Positions 53,413 through 63,985 of a DNA stretch of 64,000 bases are shown here, one piece after another; positions within the stretch are counted from its first letter, which is position 1, and each line of letters starts with the position of its first letter. The stretch covers positions 1,216,001-1,280,000 of the forward strand of contig CAXXTH010000010.1 of NCBI GenBank assembly GCA_963668025.2. Reading direction: 5' to 3'. The DNA is from Candidatus Hydrogenedentota bacterium. GTDB taxonomy: Bacteria > Hydrogenedentota > Hydrogenedentia > Hydrogenedentales > SLHB01. Under the pieces are notes generated by a model. That model ran no database searches, was not told where the DNA came from, and was given only the letters and a program-made list of their open reading frames with translations. Both the position numbers and the translations under genes were made by a program.

Positions 53413-54204
53413 ATGAGTCTGCAGGCGTATTTCGAATCAATCAATCATGAACTCACTGGATGTAAAGATCGTATTCGTAATATTATTGGTGATCAGCATT
53501 GGCCTTCTGATGGGCAACATAAAGAGTGGTTAGTTAAGAATATCCTTCGTCGGCATGCACCTAGAAGAGTAAGCATTGGCAATGGATTCATAATTGCTCC
53601 AAGTTCATGGAATCGTGAAAAATACTGCACACACCAAATAGATTTATTGATAATATCATCTTCAAAGCCTCTTCTTTTCTGTGAAGATGATTTTTATATT
53701 GTTACTCCAGATGCTGTTCTTGCCCTCATCGAAGTTAAGACGCGACTAGACAAAAAGAAACTATCAGAAGAACTGAAAAAAAAGGCAGATGATCTTGGTG
53801 GGATTAATGCAAGTTTTGTGGGACTACATCCAAAAGCAGGACTTTTTATATATGAAAACACAGAAAGTATAAAGGATGATGATGTACTTGAAATGTTACA
53901 GATGGCAAGTGAGGGAAATGAGTTAAAGGTGATTAATTGGATTGCATTGGGTGAAGATCGTTTTTTCCAATTTTGGGAAGACGGCAAGATAGATGCAACA
54001 GATTCGGTAAAAGGGGCAGTATGGTATAGCTATGAACTTAAAAAGATGTCACACCCCTATTTTTTAAGTAATATTATTTGGGCAATTACTAAACATGAGG
54101 ACAGGCTATTTGGGGAGGTATGGTTTCCAATTGATATGTCTAGAGAAGCATTCAGAAGGCATTATATGTCTCTAGATGGAAAATCACACGGAGTTTTTAA
54201 ATAA
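53413..54204 (+). CDS. DUF6602-like / PD-(D/E)XK nuclease-like protein
   Basis: HWPSDGQHKE..V...LR, IGNGFII, QIDLLI, ALIEVKTRL; AT-rich. Confidence 0.65.
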   Translation: MSLQAYFESINHELTGCKDRIRNIIGDQHWPSDGQHKEWLVKNILRRHAPRRVSIGNGFIIAPSSWNREKYCTHQIDLLIISSSKPLLFCEDDFYIVTPDAVLALIEVKTRLDKKKLSEELKKKADDLGGINASFVGLHPKAGLFIYENTESIKDDDVLEMLQMASEGNELKVINWIALGEDRFFQFWEDGKIDATDSVKGAVWYSYELKKMSHPYFLSNIIWAITKHEDRLFGEVWFPIDMSREAFRRHYMSLDGKSHGVFK

Positions 54205-54318
54205 TTATTAGTATTGCTTTTTACGTGTTATAAATAGTTATCTTATATCATATGGAACGCTAGTTATAATATTCGTTGTAAAGATGATAAGAGGTCTTGC
54301 GCCACGCGGAAGAGTATG

Positions 54319-55257
54319 TCAGGCTTTGAACGCGCCGGAGGTGAGTCCCTGCATGAATGGTTTTGTGGCAAATATCAGGACAATGAGCAGCGGAATACTG
54401 GAAAGGGCGTATCCGGCGTAGAGCGTAGCAAAGTTGGAAGCATACGCCGAGTTGGCTAGAACGAAAAGCCCGGAGGCGATCATATGGTGTTTGCCTTCGG
54501 GATTCACAATAAATGGCCACAAGAAACTGTTCCACGTACCCAGCAGATTCATGACCAGAACGACCGAGAAAGCGGGTTTGGAAAGTGGCAGCACGATATG
54601 CCAGTAGAGGCGCATGTGTCCCGCGCCGTCGATGCGGGCCGATTCGAACAGCCCCTCGGGCAGCCCCTCGAAAAACGACTTGAACACAAAAATAGCGAAC
54701 ACCTGCCCTCCCGCCACGAAGGGCAGCACCATGGCCCAGTAGGTATTGAGCAGCCCCATCGATTTGATGAGCAGGAAACTGGGAACCAGCGTAAGCACGC
54801 CAGGGAACATCATGGTGCAGATGATGAAAGTGAATAGCGCTTTCTTGCCGGCGAAATGGTATCGCGCCAAGACATAGGCGGTCCCTGAGCCAAGCATAAG
54901 CACGCCTGCGGCTGTCAATGCGGATACGAGCAAAGTCGTCAGCATATAAGGCCGGATGACTCCCCATGCCATGCGAGTTCCCGATGTCATCATATCGGTA
55001 TAATGCTCGAATGCCTGCGTGCGGCCGGCGTTGATTTTCCGCCCAGTGTCATCCCAGAAGGCATAAGTTTTTTCATTGCCTGTTACGGTGTCTTTGCATA
55101 GAATAAGCATGTGTTTGATGGACTCGGGAAATGAGAAAAAGGTTTGGTAATACTCGTTGTTAGTTTTAAAAACGGTGTTTACGGCAAAAAAGAACGGCAT
55201 GAGTGTGAGCAAGGCCAACACGATAAGGATTAAATGAATATGCCAGGTGGATCTCAC
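54319..55257 (-). CDS. Sugar ABC transporter permease (MalG-like)
   Basis: LFESARIDGA, WNSFLWP; GTGA overlap with the upstream gene. Confidence 0.9.
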   Translation of the reverse strand: MRSTWHIHLILIVLALLTLMPFFFAVNTVFKTNNEYYQTFFSFPESIKHMLILCKDTVTGNEKTYAFWDDTGRKINAGRTQAFEHYTDMMTSGTRMAWGVIRPYMLTTLLVSALTAAGVLMLGSGTAYVLARYHFAGKKALFTFIICTMMFPGVLTLVPSFLLIKSMGLLNTYWAMVLPFVAGGQVFAIFVFKSFFEGLPEGLFESARIDGAGHMRLYWHIVLPLSKPAFSVVLVMNLLGTWNSFLWPFIVNPEGKHHMIASGLFVLANSAYASNFATLYAGYALSSIPLLIVLIFATKPFMQGLTSGAFKA

Positions 55258-56177
55258 TGGATGCCCTCGAGTTGTTCGGTGGATTTGAAATATTTCATGT
55301 TGAGCGCGGTTATAACGAGTATCAGCAAAAATAGAAGCACGCCGATGGCGCAGGCATAACCAAAGCGTTGAAAACTGAACGCATTTAAATACATCCAAAG
55401 GCCAGGCATCATGGTTTTAAAGCCAGGGCCGCCTCGAGTCAAGACGAGTATGCCTTCAAAACCCTGCACGCCGCCGATAATGGTCAATAGTAAGATAAGT
55501 TTCAATTGGCTCATCACCATTGGGATGTCGATGGAAAAGAATTTTCGGACGCCCACGCATCCTTCCAGGAGCGCGGCTTCGTTGACGCTGGCGGGTATCT
55601 TCGCGAGGCCCGCGTAGTAGACCAGAACCTCAAAGCCTCCGATGAATGGAAAGCCGACCAGCGAGCAGCATATCAGGGCGGTGCTAGGATCGTTGATCCA
55701 GCCTCGTGTCCATTCCGGGAGGCCAATGCCTTGAAGGAGATTGTTGATAAGGCCATTATCGCCATAAATCAGGCCCATCCAAATGAGCTGCACCGCCACT
55801 CCTGGCACTACAATGGGAACCAGAAACACGATGCGGTAGAAAAACCGCCAGCGTTCTTGCGGGAGGGAGCAGATGAGTTTCGCCGTGAAGAGCGGGAGTG
55901 TCAGGCGCATGGCGACGGCGATGAACGTGAAGAAAGCCATGTGTACTAAAGATGGAATCGTAGCGGGATCATCTCGTATGGCTTCGGTGTAATTGTCGAG
56001 TCCAATGAAGCGCGGAGCGGCTCCAATCTCGAATTCGTAAAGCGACTTGCTGAATGCCCATACGACAGGTAGATATACGAAAGTGAGCAGCAACGCGATC
56101 GTAGGAAGAACAAGCCAATAGCACAGAAGCGTGGATTGTATCCGAGGGCTGAATACATGGGAGTCGCGACGGATCAT
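55254..56177 (-). CDS. Sugar ABC transporter permease (MalF-like)
   Basis: FIGLDNY, VNEAALLEG, LTRGGPG, FGYACAIG. Confidence 0.9.
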   Translation of the reverse strand: MIRRDSHVFSPRIQSTLLCYWLVLPTIALLLTFVYLPVVWAFSKSLYEFEIGAAPRFIGLDNYTEAIRDDPATIPSLVHMAFFTFIAVAMRLTLPLFTAKLICSLPQERWRFFYRIVFLVPIVVPGVAVQLIWMGLIYGDNGLINNLLQGIGLPEWTRGWINDPSTALICCSLVGFPFIGGFEVLVYYAGLAKIPASVNEAALLEGCVGVRKFFSIDIPMVMSQLKLILLLTIIGGVQGFEGILVLTRGGPGFKTMMPGLWMYLNAFSFQRFGYACAIGVLLFLLILVITALNMKYFKSTEQLEGIQ

Positions 56178-57799
56178 TGCGGCAATCCCTTCATTGATTC
56201 GCGGAGCGGCGCCAAACGCTCCCAAGCCTGATTGAGTGCTTCCTCATGGTAAACCATCCGGCGCTTCGCGCGGGTACAGGCGCCGGATACATTTGGGAAC
56301 TGCCATTTGTCTAGAAAATCATCCAGTGAGATGCCGTTCGTGAGATATAACTGAAGCATTCTGCGTTGCACTTCTGAGAATTTAAGGTCGAAGGTATAAA
56401 TCCACTTGGTCGTGGCATACCGGCGATTCAACGTTTCCTCGAATGGTTTGAGAGGAGGCAGCACTTCCACGCCGGTGATATTTGGCATGAAGCAAGGGTA
56501 TTCATTCACTATGCGGGCATAGTTCTCAGGCAGCGTTATAAACTGCAAGAACGACATTGCCCGTTTGAGCCGCTCGGAGGACTTGATACGCTCTTCGAAT
56601 GCTTGTTCTTTTGGCGTATCGCTGATTGCGGTGTTTGTGACGGCGAATGATGTCGCTGGACCGCCGACGCCGCACATGGGCTGGCCGGATGCGTAAGGCG
56701 ATGTGGCCTTGCTAATGGACGGCATATAAAAAACGCCCCATTCAAACGGAATATCCTTGTCGCCGCTCAAGCGATAACTAAAAATGCTGATGTTCCAGAA
56801 CATGGCCCCCCGCTGGGTTACAAAATCGCGAATCGTATCCGCGAGCAGATCGCGGTTGCAGTATTGGGCAAGCTCATGCATGATCGGCCAGATCTGAAGA
56901 TAGCGCGGATCTTTTCGGGTGAAAAAACCTTTGTCGTGCAGAAAGACCATTTCATCCCAGTCTAGGTATCCTTGAATGTATTGCCCCCGAACCGGATCTT
57001 TGACTAAATCGATACCTGGCACAATGTCGTAGTACAACTGGTCAAAAATCAGGTCCGTGGCCCAGCTATTAAAATTGTCGAGGTGAATCAAAAGGGGAGT
57101 GATAGGTTTGCCCTCGGGACTCCGATATTTTTTGATGGCGGCACAGACTTGGCACAGCTCTTCCCAGGTCTCGGGAACCTCCACTCCGATTTGTTTGAAA
57201 AGCGTCTTGTTATAAAAAATCCCTGTTTCCACCATATCGAACGTGAGCGTGTAATATCGTCCATCCGGGGCGGCTTTCGCACGGCTGATGGCTTGGTATT
57301 TGAACATGTCCCACCAATGCTCATAACCGGGCCGGGAAGGATCCCCTTGCGCTTGTACAAAGGCGTTTGGCTGATCCAGGAAGGCATCTAGAGGAATATA
57401 CCACTCTTTTTGAATATCCGGCCAGACATCTTCCACGGTGGTCATGATGATGTCGGGGGCTTCACCCGTGCTCAATTGTGTAACCAGGTATTCCCGGACC
57501 GCTGAAGGCGCACTGATCACCTCGATACGCGTGTCCGGGAAACAACGCTCGAAATCTTGTATCACATCCGTGACGCCATGGAGCGGTTTTCCCAATCCAA
57601 AAGGGAGCGTTCCAGGCATGTATTGGCCGCCTGGAAAAAATTTGATCACATAACGTGCGGATTCTTTTTTTTCCAGGCCTACGCCAGTGTTTTTTGCATC
57701 CCGAGGCGGCCACAGCGCCCACACGCCGATGCACAGCGTAAGTAGGGCCAAGACCGCCTTGAGATATAGCAACACCCTTGTGGAACGCTCCACCTGCAT
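56174..57799 (-). CDS. Sugar ABC transporter substrate-binding protein (N-terminal TM anchor)
   Basis: APDII, IFYNKTLFKQIGVEVPETWEEL; upstream of two permeases. Confidence 0.85.
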   Translation of the reverse strand: MQVERSTRVLLYLKAVLALLTLCIGVWALWPPRDAKNTGVGLEKKESARYVIKFFPGGQYMPGTLPFGLGKPLHGVTDVIQDFERCFPDTRIEVISAPSAVREYLVTQLSTGEAPDIIMTTVEDVWPDIQKEWYIPLDAFLDQPNAFVQAQGDPSRPGYEHWWDMFKYQAISRAKAAPDGRYYTLTFDMVETGIFYNKTLFKQIGVEVPETWEELCQVCAAIKKYRSPEGKPITPLLIHLDNFNSWATDLIFDQLYYDIVPGIDLVKDPVRGQYIQGYLDWDEMVFLHDKGFFTRKDPRYLQIWPIMHELAQYCNRDLLADTIRDFVTQRGAMFWNISIFSYRLSGDKDIPFEWGVFYMPSISKATSPYASGQPMCGVGGPATSFAVTNTAISDTPKEQAFEERIKSSERLKRAMSFLQFITLPENYARIVNEYPCFMPNITGVEVLPPLKPFEETLNRRYATTKWIYTFDLKFSEVQRRMLQLYLTNGISLDDFLDKWQFPNVSGACTRAKRRMVYHEEALNQAWERLAPLRESMKGLPQ

Positions 57800-57861
57800 T
57801 CATTTCTCCATTCGCACTTGCTAGATGAAAAGCAAACCGCCGGTTTCAGGGAAAGCCTGCC

Positions 57862-59796
57862 CTATCGCCGAATCCAAATGGCTGAACTGCCTTTATCCAC
57901 CCGAACGGTCATAGTCCCGTTTTCGGAGCTTATTTGCGCATTCCCACCGCCCAGAAGCTTGGTCCATCCGCTAGACGATGCCGGTAGTGTAATCGATTCG
58001 GGGCCTTCCAGCCGGAATGCATACAACAGTTGTTCGTTGGCGGTCTCATCGCCGAAGATAACTATATCCCAATCGCGGTCGCTTCGCGGCTGCGGCAAGG
58101 GGAAAAAGATCGGCTGTGCGAGCAAATGGCGGATGCCCTTATATACTTCAATGTGATGCTTTGCACGCGCCCGGGCCTCGGCGCTCCATTGGGCGATATC
58201 TCCATTGAAGCCAAATCCTCCCACCATCCGGCTCAGCATGTTGTGTGAGGTCGCCTCGGAATCGCCAGAACCCCGGTGCGCACGCACCGCACTCGTCAGG
58301 AAATGGGCGGGCCAAAAACGGGACGCCCCCATCTGGAAAAAGCGGGAGACATCGGGATGCCCCGTGTGATCGCTGAGCCAATTCCCGTGCATCCGGGCCG
58401 CCATTCCCCAGTCCAGCCGTGTGCCGCCGCCTTCGCAGTCTTCATTATAGACTTCCGGAAATTCGGAGCGGATGGTGTCAATCACCTGATAGAAGCCTTT
58501 CATATACGCCAGATTGAGCTTTCCGCTTGGATCATGGTTAAGCGCCCATTCCTGAGGATCGCTGCATTCCCAGCGGATGAAGTTGACTTTCCAGTTTGTT
58601 ATCCATTTGCGCAAGAGAGTTAAGGCGAATTCACGCGCCTCCGGTTTATCCAGGCGTAAGCGCCGCAGGGAAGTAGCCGATTCCGGAAGGGGATCTTGCG
58701 ACATAGGCGATGATGCCGTGTCATACAACTCGGGATGCCTCAGGATAGCTTGCGTGCCGGGATAAGCGGTCTCGATCATATGCCAAATGCCAAATTTCAT
58801 TCCGAGTGCGCGGACATGTTCGCTGAGTTCTTCCACACCGTTTGGGAATTTATCTGGATCAGGTTCAAACCAATTGCCAATTCCATCGATGAAACAGTCG
58901 TACATCTTGTACCATGCCGCATCTAGCACGAAATATTCACAACCCAGTTCCGCCGCTACTTCCGCTTGTTTTTTGAGCTCAACTACATCGAAGTGCTGGT
59001 GAAGCCCAAACCAGTGGTCGTAATACACGGGCGGTGTGGGGATTTGGCCTTGCAGTTTGCATGCAATGCCTTCGCGCACGTACCGCCGCAGCGCATTATC
59101 AATGCCGCCAATGTCCGCTCCTTCATAAAATCCCATATGAATGCGTGGCAACTCGAGTCTTTCACCCGGTTCGAGCCGGAGAGCGCCCAGTCCAATATTC
59201 CCTTTGATAATGAATCCAGGCCGGGGTTGGCCAAAAAAGCTGTCAGACTCCCATCCTGCTTGGATTTCCCAGCGAGACGACCACTCGAATCCCACAAAGA
59301 GGCCATACATATCGCCATACGGCCCCATCAGGAATTGCATCACGGGCACATGGTCAAAAGCGCTTGCAGCGCCTGATGCGATGCTGACGCATTTGCAGTG
59401 GTCGTGCGTCATGATGCGTTCTTCCGATAAGCGGAACGCACGGGGAGGGTAGGTCCCGTCATAATGGTATGAGCCGCTCAGGTGCCTCACGCGGGGGGAA
59501 TCCTGTTGCGGGTCGATGTCTAGCCGCAGAAACAAGGGCGTGATCTCGATATTCTCCATCGGGATTGCGCCGGTATTGCATACCGCCACATTCCACCGGA
59601 CAGCCTTCAGTTCCGAAACGGGCTCGATAGCCAGTTCGACGCGAAGATTGCCGGAAACGCATTCCATCACACCTGCATTTTGCCGCCATTCTTCAAGCGG
59701 AACCTCAGCCCCGTCCGCCACGATACGGAGCGGCGCTATATTCATCAGATGCTTGCCGAGTTTCTCTGGTACAAATTTATGGAACATGAGTCTCAC
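57862..59796 (-). CDS. Alpha-galactosidase, GH36-like
   Basis: PVYYDHW, ELGCEYFVLDAAW, GNW.PDPDKFPNG, GMKFGIW, EDCEGGG.R.D.G, WLSD. Confidence 0.82.
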   Translation of the reverse strand: MRLMFHKFVPEKLGKHLMNIAPLRIVADGAEVPLEEWRQNAGVMECVSGNLRVELAIEPVSELKAVRWNVAVCNTGAIPMENIEITPLFLRLDIDPQQDSPRVRHLSGSYHYDGTYPPRAFRLSEERIMTHDHCKCVSIASGAASAFDHVPVMQFLMGPYGDMYGLFVGFEWSSRWEIQAGWESDSFFGQPRPGFIIKGNIGLGALRLEPGERLELPRIHMGFYEGADIGGIDNALRRYVREGIACKLQGQIPTPPVYYDHWFGLHQHFDVVELKKQAEVAAELGCEYFVLDAAWYKMYDCFIDGIGNWFEPDPDKFPNGVEELSEHVRALGMKFGIWHMIETAYPGTQAILRHPELYDTASSPMSQDPLPESATSLRRLRLDKPEAREFALTLLRKWITNWKVNFIRWECSDPQEWALNHDPSGKLNLAYMKGFYQVIDTIRSEFPEVYNEDCEGGGTRLDWGMAARMHGNWLSDHTGHPDVSRFFQMGASRFWPAHFLTSAVRAHRGSGDSEATSHNMLSRMVGGFGFNGDIAQWSAEARARAKHHIEVYKGIRHLLAQPIFFPLPQPRSDRDWDIVIFGDETANEQLLYAFRLEGPESITLPASSSGWTKLLGGGNAQISSENGTMTVRVDKGSSAIWIRR

Positions 59797-61205
59797 TTGC
59801 CTTTCTTTGTTGTGTCGGGAACAAAATACTCGAAATAAACAAGATACGCAGCAGGGGCTTCACTGAAACCTTCCGCGGCGAGCTCCGTGCCTGCGTCGTT
59901 GTGCCGTACTGGCCAGCGTGAACGTATATGGCTGCGCTCGGGCATCACGGACAGCCGTTTTGCGGTGTGGCAAATGAGTGAGGGCATTCGGAATATGCCA
60001 GGAAGATTGTTCTCCGCCGATGGATACGGCAGCGGCTCTAGGCTTAGATTCAGCCGGTCCGCGGCAATGCGCACCCATATGCGCAAGGGTTGTTCCGGCG
60101 AATTTGCCTTTGCTTTTCCTTCTAGCATAAGGCCATTCACATCGAGTTTTAGAGCAGAGCCACCCTTTTCTCCGTTATCATCCGGTTGCCAGGAGCCCCC
60201 AATGACACCGGCCTCGATTCCGGCCTGGCCTGGCCACGGAGACGCCGTGAATGCACTGGCCGGATCGTATGCGAAAATGAGGTTGTCCCGGCAGACGCTG
60301 AAATAAATCTTGCCGTTAGGGCCTGCGGCTGGAACTTGAGGGTAATCAAGGCCTGGAACGATTATCTTGGTCTCGCCATTGGGGCTAACGGAAAACAATG
60401 CCCCCGAATTACCCTGATCCCAGGCATTGGCTTCGCTGGCCACAATAAGCTCGCCGCTGGATGTCCGTGCAAGGCCCCGCGCGCGCCAAAAGCCGCTGGC
60501 TAGTTTCGAGACCGTACCGTCCGGATGCCGGACGGAAACGCTGCCTGGTTCTAGTGCAACGCCCATAGGGCCAAAAACGCCATATTCCGTGAAATAGACA
60601 GAGCCATCGGCGCTGGCGGCGACGCCTTGCGGGGATTTCAATTCGCTGAGCAGTGTTTCTACGGAAGAATCCGCCTTATTCCATCTGCGGATTTCCTGTT
60701 TGATCTCGAGGATAAAAAGAAGGTTCCCCTGTGGGTCACATGTCATTTGGCGGGGGCGCGATAAGCCTTGGACAATCCGGGTTTCCTCTCCCGTAGGCGA
60801 GATTCTAAGGATGTATCCCGTTTGATCATCCGAATCGAAGCCAATGAACACGTTGCCTTCTGCATCTACTGCCACGCCATATGCCCCGCCTCGTTTTAGA
60901 GGCCGCACGCGAAGCTCTCCATCCGGCATCAAGCGGGATAAGGAGCCTTTATATTCCGTGAAATAGACGGAGCCGTCTGGCCCAACCGCCGTGCCGAAAC
61001 AGTATTCAGCAAAACCCTGCACGCATAGATGCGTGGGCAAGCCATTCATGGCTTGAGCGGCTTCTGGCGGCAAGGATTGGATTAACTGCGGATTCCATGC
61101 ATCTGGCGGTGCTGGAGGTTCTGCGGCAGATGCCCCAAAATGACAAATAGCGAGGTTCAACATACAGACAAATGCCATAAGACGGAAAAAGGTAAAATCT
61201 ATCAA
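59793..61205 (-). CDS. Secreted NHL/SMP-30-type beta-propeller protein
   Basis: Repeats G.AV..DGSVYFTE and P.G+A; AGGAGG RBS before TTG 61205 (the track's start at 61283 is actually the -35 box). Confidence 0.75.
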   Translation of the reverse strand: MIDFTFFRLMAFVCMLNLAICHFGASAAEPPAPPDAWNPQLIQSLPPEAAQAMNGLPTHLCVQGFAEYCFGTAVGPDGSVYFTEYKGSLSRLMPDGELRVRPLKRGGAYGVAVDAEGNVFIGFDSDDQTGYILRISPTGEETRIVQGLSRPRQMTCDPQGNLLFILEIKQEIRRWNKADSSVETLLSELKSPQGVAASADGSVYFTEYGVFGPMGVALEPGSVSVRHPDGTVSKLASGFWRARGLARTSSGELIVASEANAWDQGNSGALFSVSPNGETKIIVPGLDYPQVPAAGPNGKIYFSVCRDNLIFAYDPASAFTASPWPGQAGIEAGVIGGSWQPDDNGEKGGSALKLDVNGLMLEGKAKANSPEQPLRIWVRIAADRLNLSLEPLPYPSAENNLPGIFRMPSLICHTAKRLSVMPERSHIRSRWPVRHNDAGTELAAEGFSEAPAAYLVYFEYFVPDTTKKGK

Positions 61206-61254
61206 GATAAGCCCTCCTCTTTTGGTTGAACCCGTAAAGGCACCCATTAACTTT

Positions 61255-61283
61255 AGTATACTTTCGGTGCTTTTATATGTCAA
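61255..61283 (-). promoter_or_regulatory. Sigma70 promoter for the propeller-GH36-ABC operon
   Basis: Minus strand TTGACA-17 nt-TATACT; overlapped by the inverted repeat AAAGCACC...GGTGCCTT. Confidence 0.8.
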
Positions 61284-61503
61284 GTAAATTTTATAAAGAA
61301 TGAAAAATATATATCTTAAATAATACTTTTGTAAAATTAAAAAAAGAATAGGTGAGTTTTTTTGCGCATAAGGGGGGATGTCTAGCCTTGAAAAGAGGAA
61401 GTTTCCGTAAATAATGGGCGTCCAGGCAGGATACAGAGGCGCTCAAGGTTATTCTGAATGGCCTCTTATCTCTCGAATTGCAGGAAAAATTCCACGAAAG
61501 GAG

Positions 61504-62529
61504 TCAGAGAGCGCATACAGATGCGCGCTCAATCAATTGCGTTTGGATATCGATGTGTTTATGTTCGCCATTGCTTTCACCACGGACCAGCGAGAGTAAT
61601 GCCTCTGCGGCAATGGCTCCCGCCTGCTCAGGAAATAGCGATACAGTGGTCAAAGGCGGGCCGAGAAGTTCGGCCATGGGGATATCATCAAAGCCGACCA
61701 CGCTTACATCTTCTGGTATACGTAAACCCAGCTCATGTGCGGCTTTATAGACTCCAATCGCTACGATGTCATTGAAGCAAATTAAGGCGGTTGGGCGGTT
61801 TTCCACGTCCGTTAGTATTTGCATCGCCGCATCATAGCCATGCCCATGGCGGGAGCGTAATCCAGCCCGGACAATGGGACAGCTCCCGTAGTCCATACCG
61901 TGTTCCGCAAGGCTTTCGACATATCCCACCACGCGTTCTCGAGAGTGTACGGAAACGGCTGGGCCTGCGATGCACGTGATGCGGCGGTGGCCTTTAGCGA
62001 TGACAAAATCCGTGGCGCTGCGGGCGCCTTCCCGGTTTGCAAAATAGATGGAATGGGTTTCTACATCGGGTACGGAACCTATGGTAATCAGAGGCTTGCG
62101 TGCTTCCACCAATTTCTTGATATGGTTATGATGCTCGTGCTCCTGGCCGGTCAGAATCATATAACCCGCCAAATGATAGGAGTTTAGCTCGTTTACTATC
62201 TGCTCTTCTTCTTCGTAGTCTTCACCCGTGGAATAGGAAAGCACATGATAGCCTTCGCGGCGGAAAAAGGAATTGGCTCCGCGTAGCATTTCCGTGAAAA
62301 AGGGGTTGTCAAAATCCGCGATGATCATGGCGATCATCCTGGAAAGACGGCCCAGCATGGACGGCGCAATCAACCGCGAATGGTAGTCTTGCTCCCGTAT
62401 CGTCTCAAGAACCAGATTCCGTGTTTTTTCGCGCACGCCCGGGCCGTCCCGAAGCACTGCGGTCACTGTTGCTCGAGATACGCCGCTGAGTTTGGCGATG
62501 TCTTCCAGAGTGATTTTTTTTTGTTTCAT
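61504..62529 (-). CDS. LacI family transcriptional regulator
   Basis: ITLEDIAKLSGVSRATVT, NPFF, CFNDIVAIG, IPEDVSVVGFDD, PPLTTV. Confidence 0.95.
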   Translation of the reverse strand: MKQKKITLEDIAKLSGVSRATVTAVLRDGPGVREKTRNLVLETIREQDYHSRLIAPSMLGRLSRMIAMIIADFDNPFFTEMLRGANSFFRREGYHVLSYSTGEDYEEEEQIVNELNSYHLAGYMILTGQEHEHHNHIKKLVEARKPLITIGSVPDVETHSIYFANREGARSATDFVIAKGHRRITCIAGPAVSVHSRERVVGYVESLAEHGMDYGSCPIVRAGLRSRHGHGYDAAMQILTDVENRPTALICFNDIVAIGVYKAAHELGLRIPEDVSVVGFDDIPMAELLGPPLTTVSLFPEQAGAIAAEALLSLVRGESNGEHKHIDIQTQLIERASVCAL

Positions 62530-62763
62530 TCCTATTTCCCGTCAATTCTAACTGAGGCCTATACCCTCTATCCTAATTCTTTTGTGGAAATTTTGCAAGT
62601 TGATGGTAAATTTTCCTTTGTGGCCGTCCAAAACAGGTTTTTGTATTAAAAAGTACACTCGGTAATAGAACGAATGATATCTGTATCTAGGGCGGCCATC
62701 CCCTATTTGAGAGGAGGCATTGAGGATTGAATGTGCTTTATGCGCAAGACAGAAAAATTTAAG

Positions 62764-62792
62764 TTGACATTTGGCTGATTTATTGCTATATA
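62764..62792 (+). promoter_or_regulatory. Sigma70 promoter for the third DUF1559 gene
   Basis: TTGACA-17 nt-TATATA with TG extended -10. Confidence 0.65.
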
Positions 62793-62944
62793 CAAATAAG
62801 CACATTGCGAAAGTCCAGGATGGAAGCTTGCAGGCGCTTAAACAACGCGGTGTTTAATGCGGATTCAAGCGGATTCAAAAGGATGTGAAACAAAACGATT
62901 ACGGGACGGAGGCTGTTGTATGAAAATCATAAGGAGAATAACTC

Positions 62945-63985
62945 ATGCATGTTAGAAGAAGAGGATTCACATTAATCGAGTTGTTAGTAGTGATCGCCAT
63001 TATAGCGATACTCGCGGCAATTCTCTTGCCCGCATTGGCGCGGGCGCGGGAGGCGGCGCGCCGGGCTTCGTGCGCGAGCAACCTCAAGCAGTGGGGCATT
63101 ATCTTCAAGATGTATTCGAATGAAGCTAAAGGAGGATTGTATCCGCCCCAGAGCCGTTGGAAATTGGGTGCTTATAACATGTTCATGGGCGTTTCCTCTG
63201 ATGAGCTGTATCCGGATTATTGGAATGACGCCAACCTCATGATCTGCCCATCCGATTCGCGGGCGACAGTTAGCAGTCTGCAAGATGCTCTACCCGCAGG
63301 TTCTCTGGATATACCCGAGGATATCGCCAAAACGGTGTCGTCGGTGAAATCAGGCTCCGCAGGCGCGGAAGCCTGCGTACACGGATTACTGTCTCACCCC
63401 GTCTCCTACATTTACTCGTCGTATTCCATCAGAACCGCGGCGCAGTTTTTCTGTGAAGCTATCGTTCTAGGCTATTTTACGTGGAAAGCCGGGGCGGAAG
63501 AAGTGGTGCAGAAAGCAGCGCTTACCGATGCCGGATGCCCTACCGCCTGGACCAAAGTCGCCAAATACAAGATAGACGATGTGGATATCACTAGTGCGGA
63601 TATCACCAAATATTTCTATTCCGGCTGGCTGGACAAAGGCGGGGAAAAATGGCCGGGCACGATTCCCCGGTTGCGGGAAGGCGCCGAGCGCTTCTTCATC
63701 ACGGATATCAATAATCCCGCATCCGGCTCGACGGGCCAGAGTGAGCTGTTCATTATGTGGGATGCATGGGGCGCTTATGCGGAGTTCCTCGCCGGTACTT
63801 CCGACCAGAATCAGGTAGCACGATTCAACCATGTCCCGGGCGGAAGCAATGTGTTGTATATGGATGGGCACGTCGAGTTCATCAAATACAAAACAGAGCC
63901 TCTTCCCGAGACTAAACAAGGGACCGCTCCAGATGTCAGCGGCCAACTCGGTTACAACATGACGACGTTCGGCGGAACAGGCTGA
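62945..63985 (+). CDS. Prepilin-type N-terminal cleavage / DUF1559 / H-X9-DG protein (copy C)
   Basis: AAGGAG RBS; [10 protein letters not shown]..., [39 protein letters not shown]. Confidence 0.93.
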   Translation: MHVRRRGFTLIELLVVIAIIAILAAILLPALARAREAARRASCASNLKQWGIIFKMYSNEAKGGLYPPQSRWKLGAYNMFMGVSSDELYPDYWNDANLMICPSDSRATVSSLQDALPAGSLDIPEDIAKTVSSVKSGSAGAEACVHGLLSHPVSYIYSSYSIRTAAQFFCEAIVLGYFTWKAGAEEVVQKAALTDAGCPTAWTKVAKYKIDDVDITSADITKYFYSGWLDKGGEKWPGTIPRLREGAERFFITDINNPASGSTGQSELFIMWDAWGAYAEFLAGTSDQNQVARFNHVPGGSNVLYMDGHVEFIKYKTEPLPETKQGTAPDVSGQLGYNMTTFGGTG

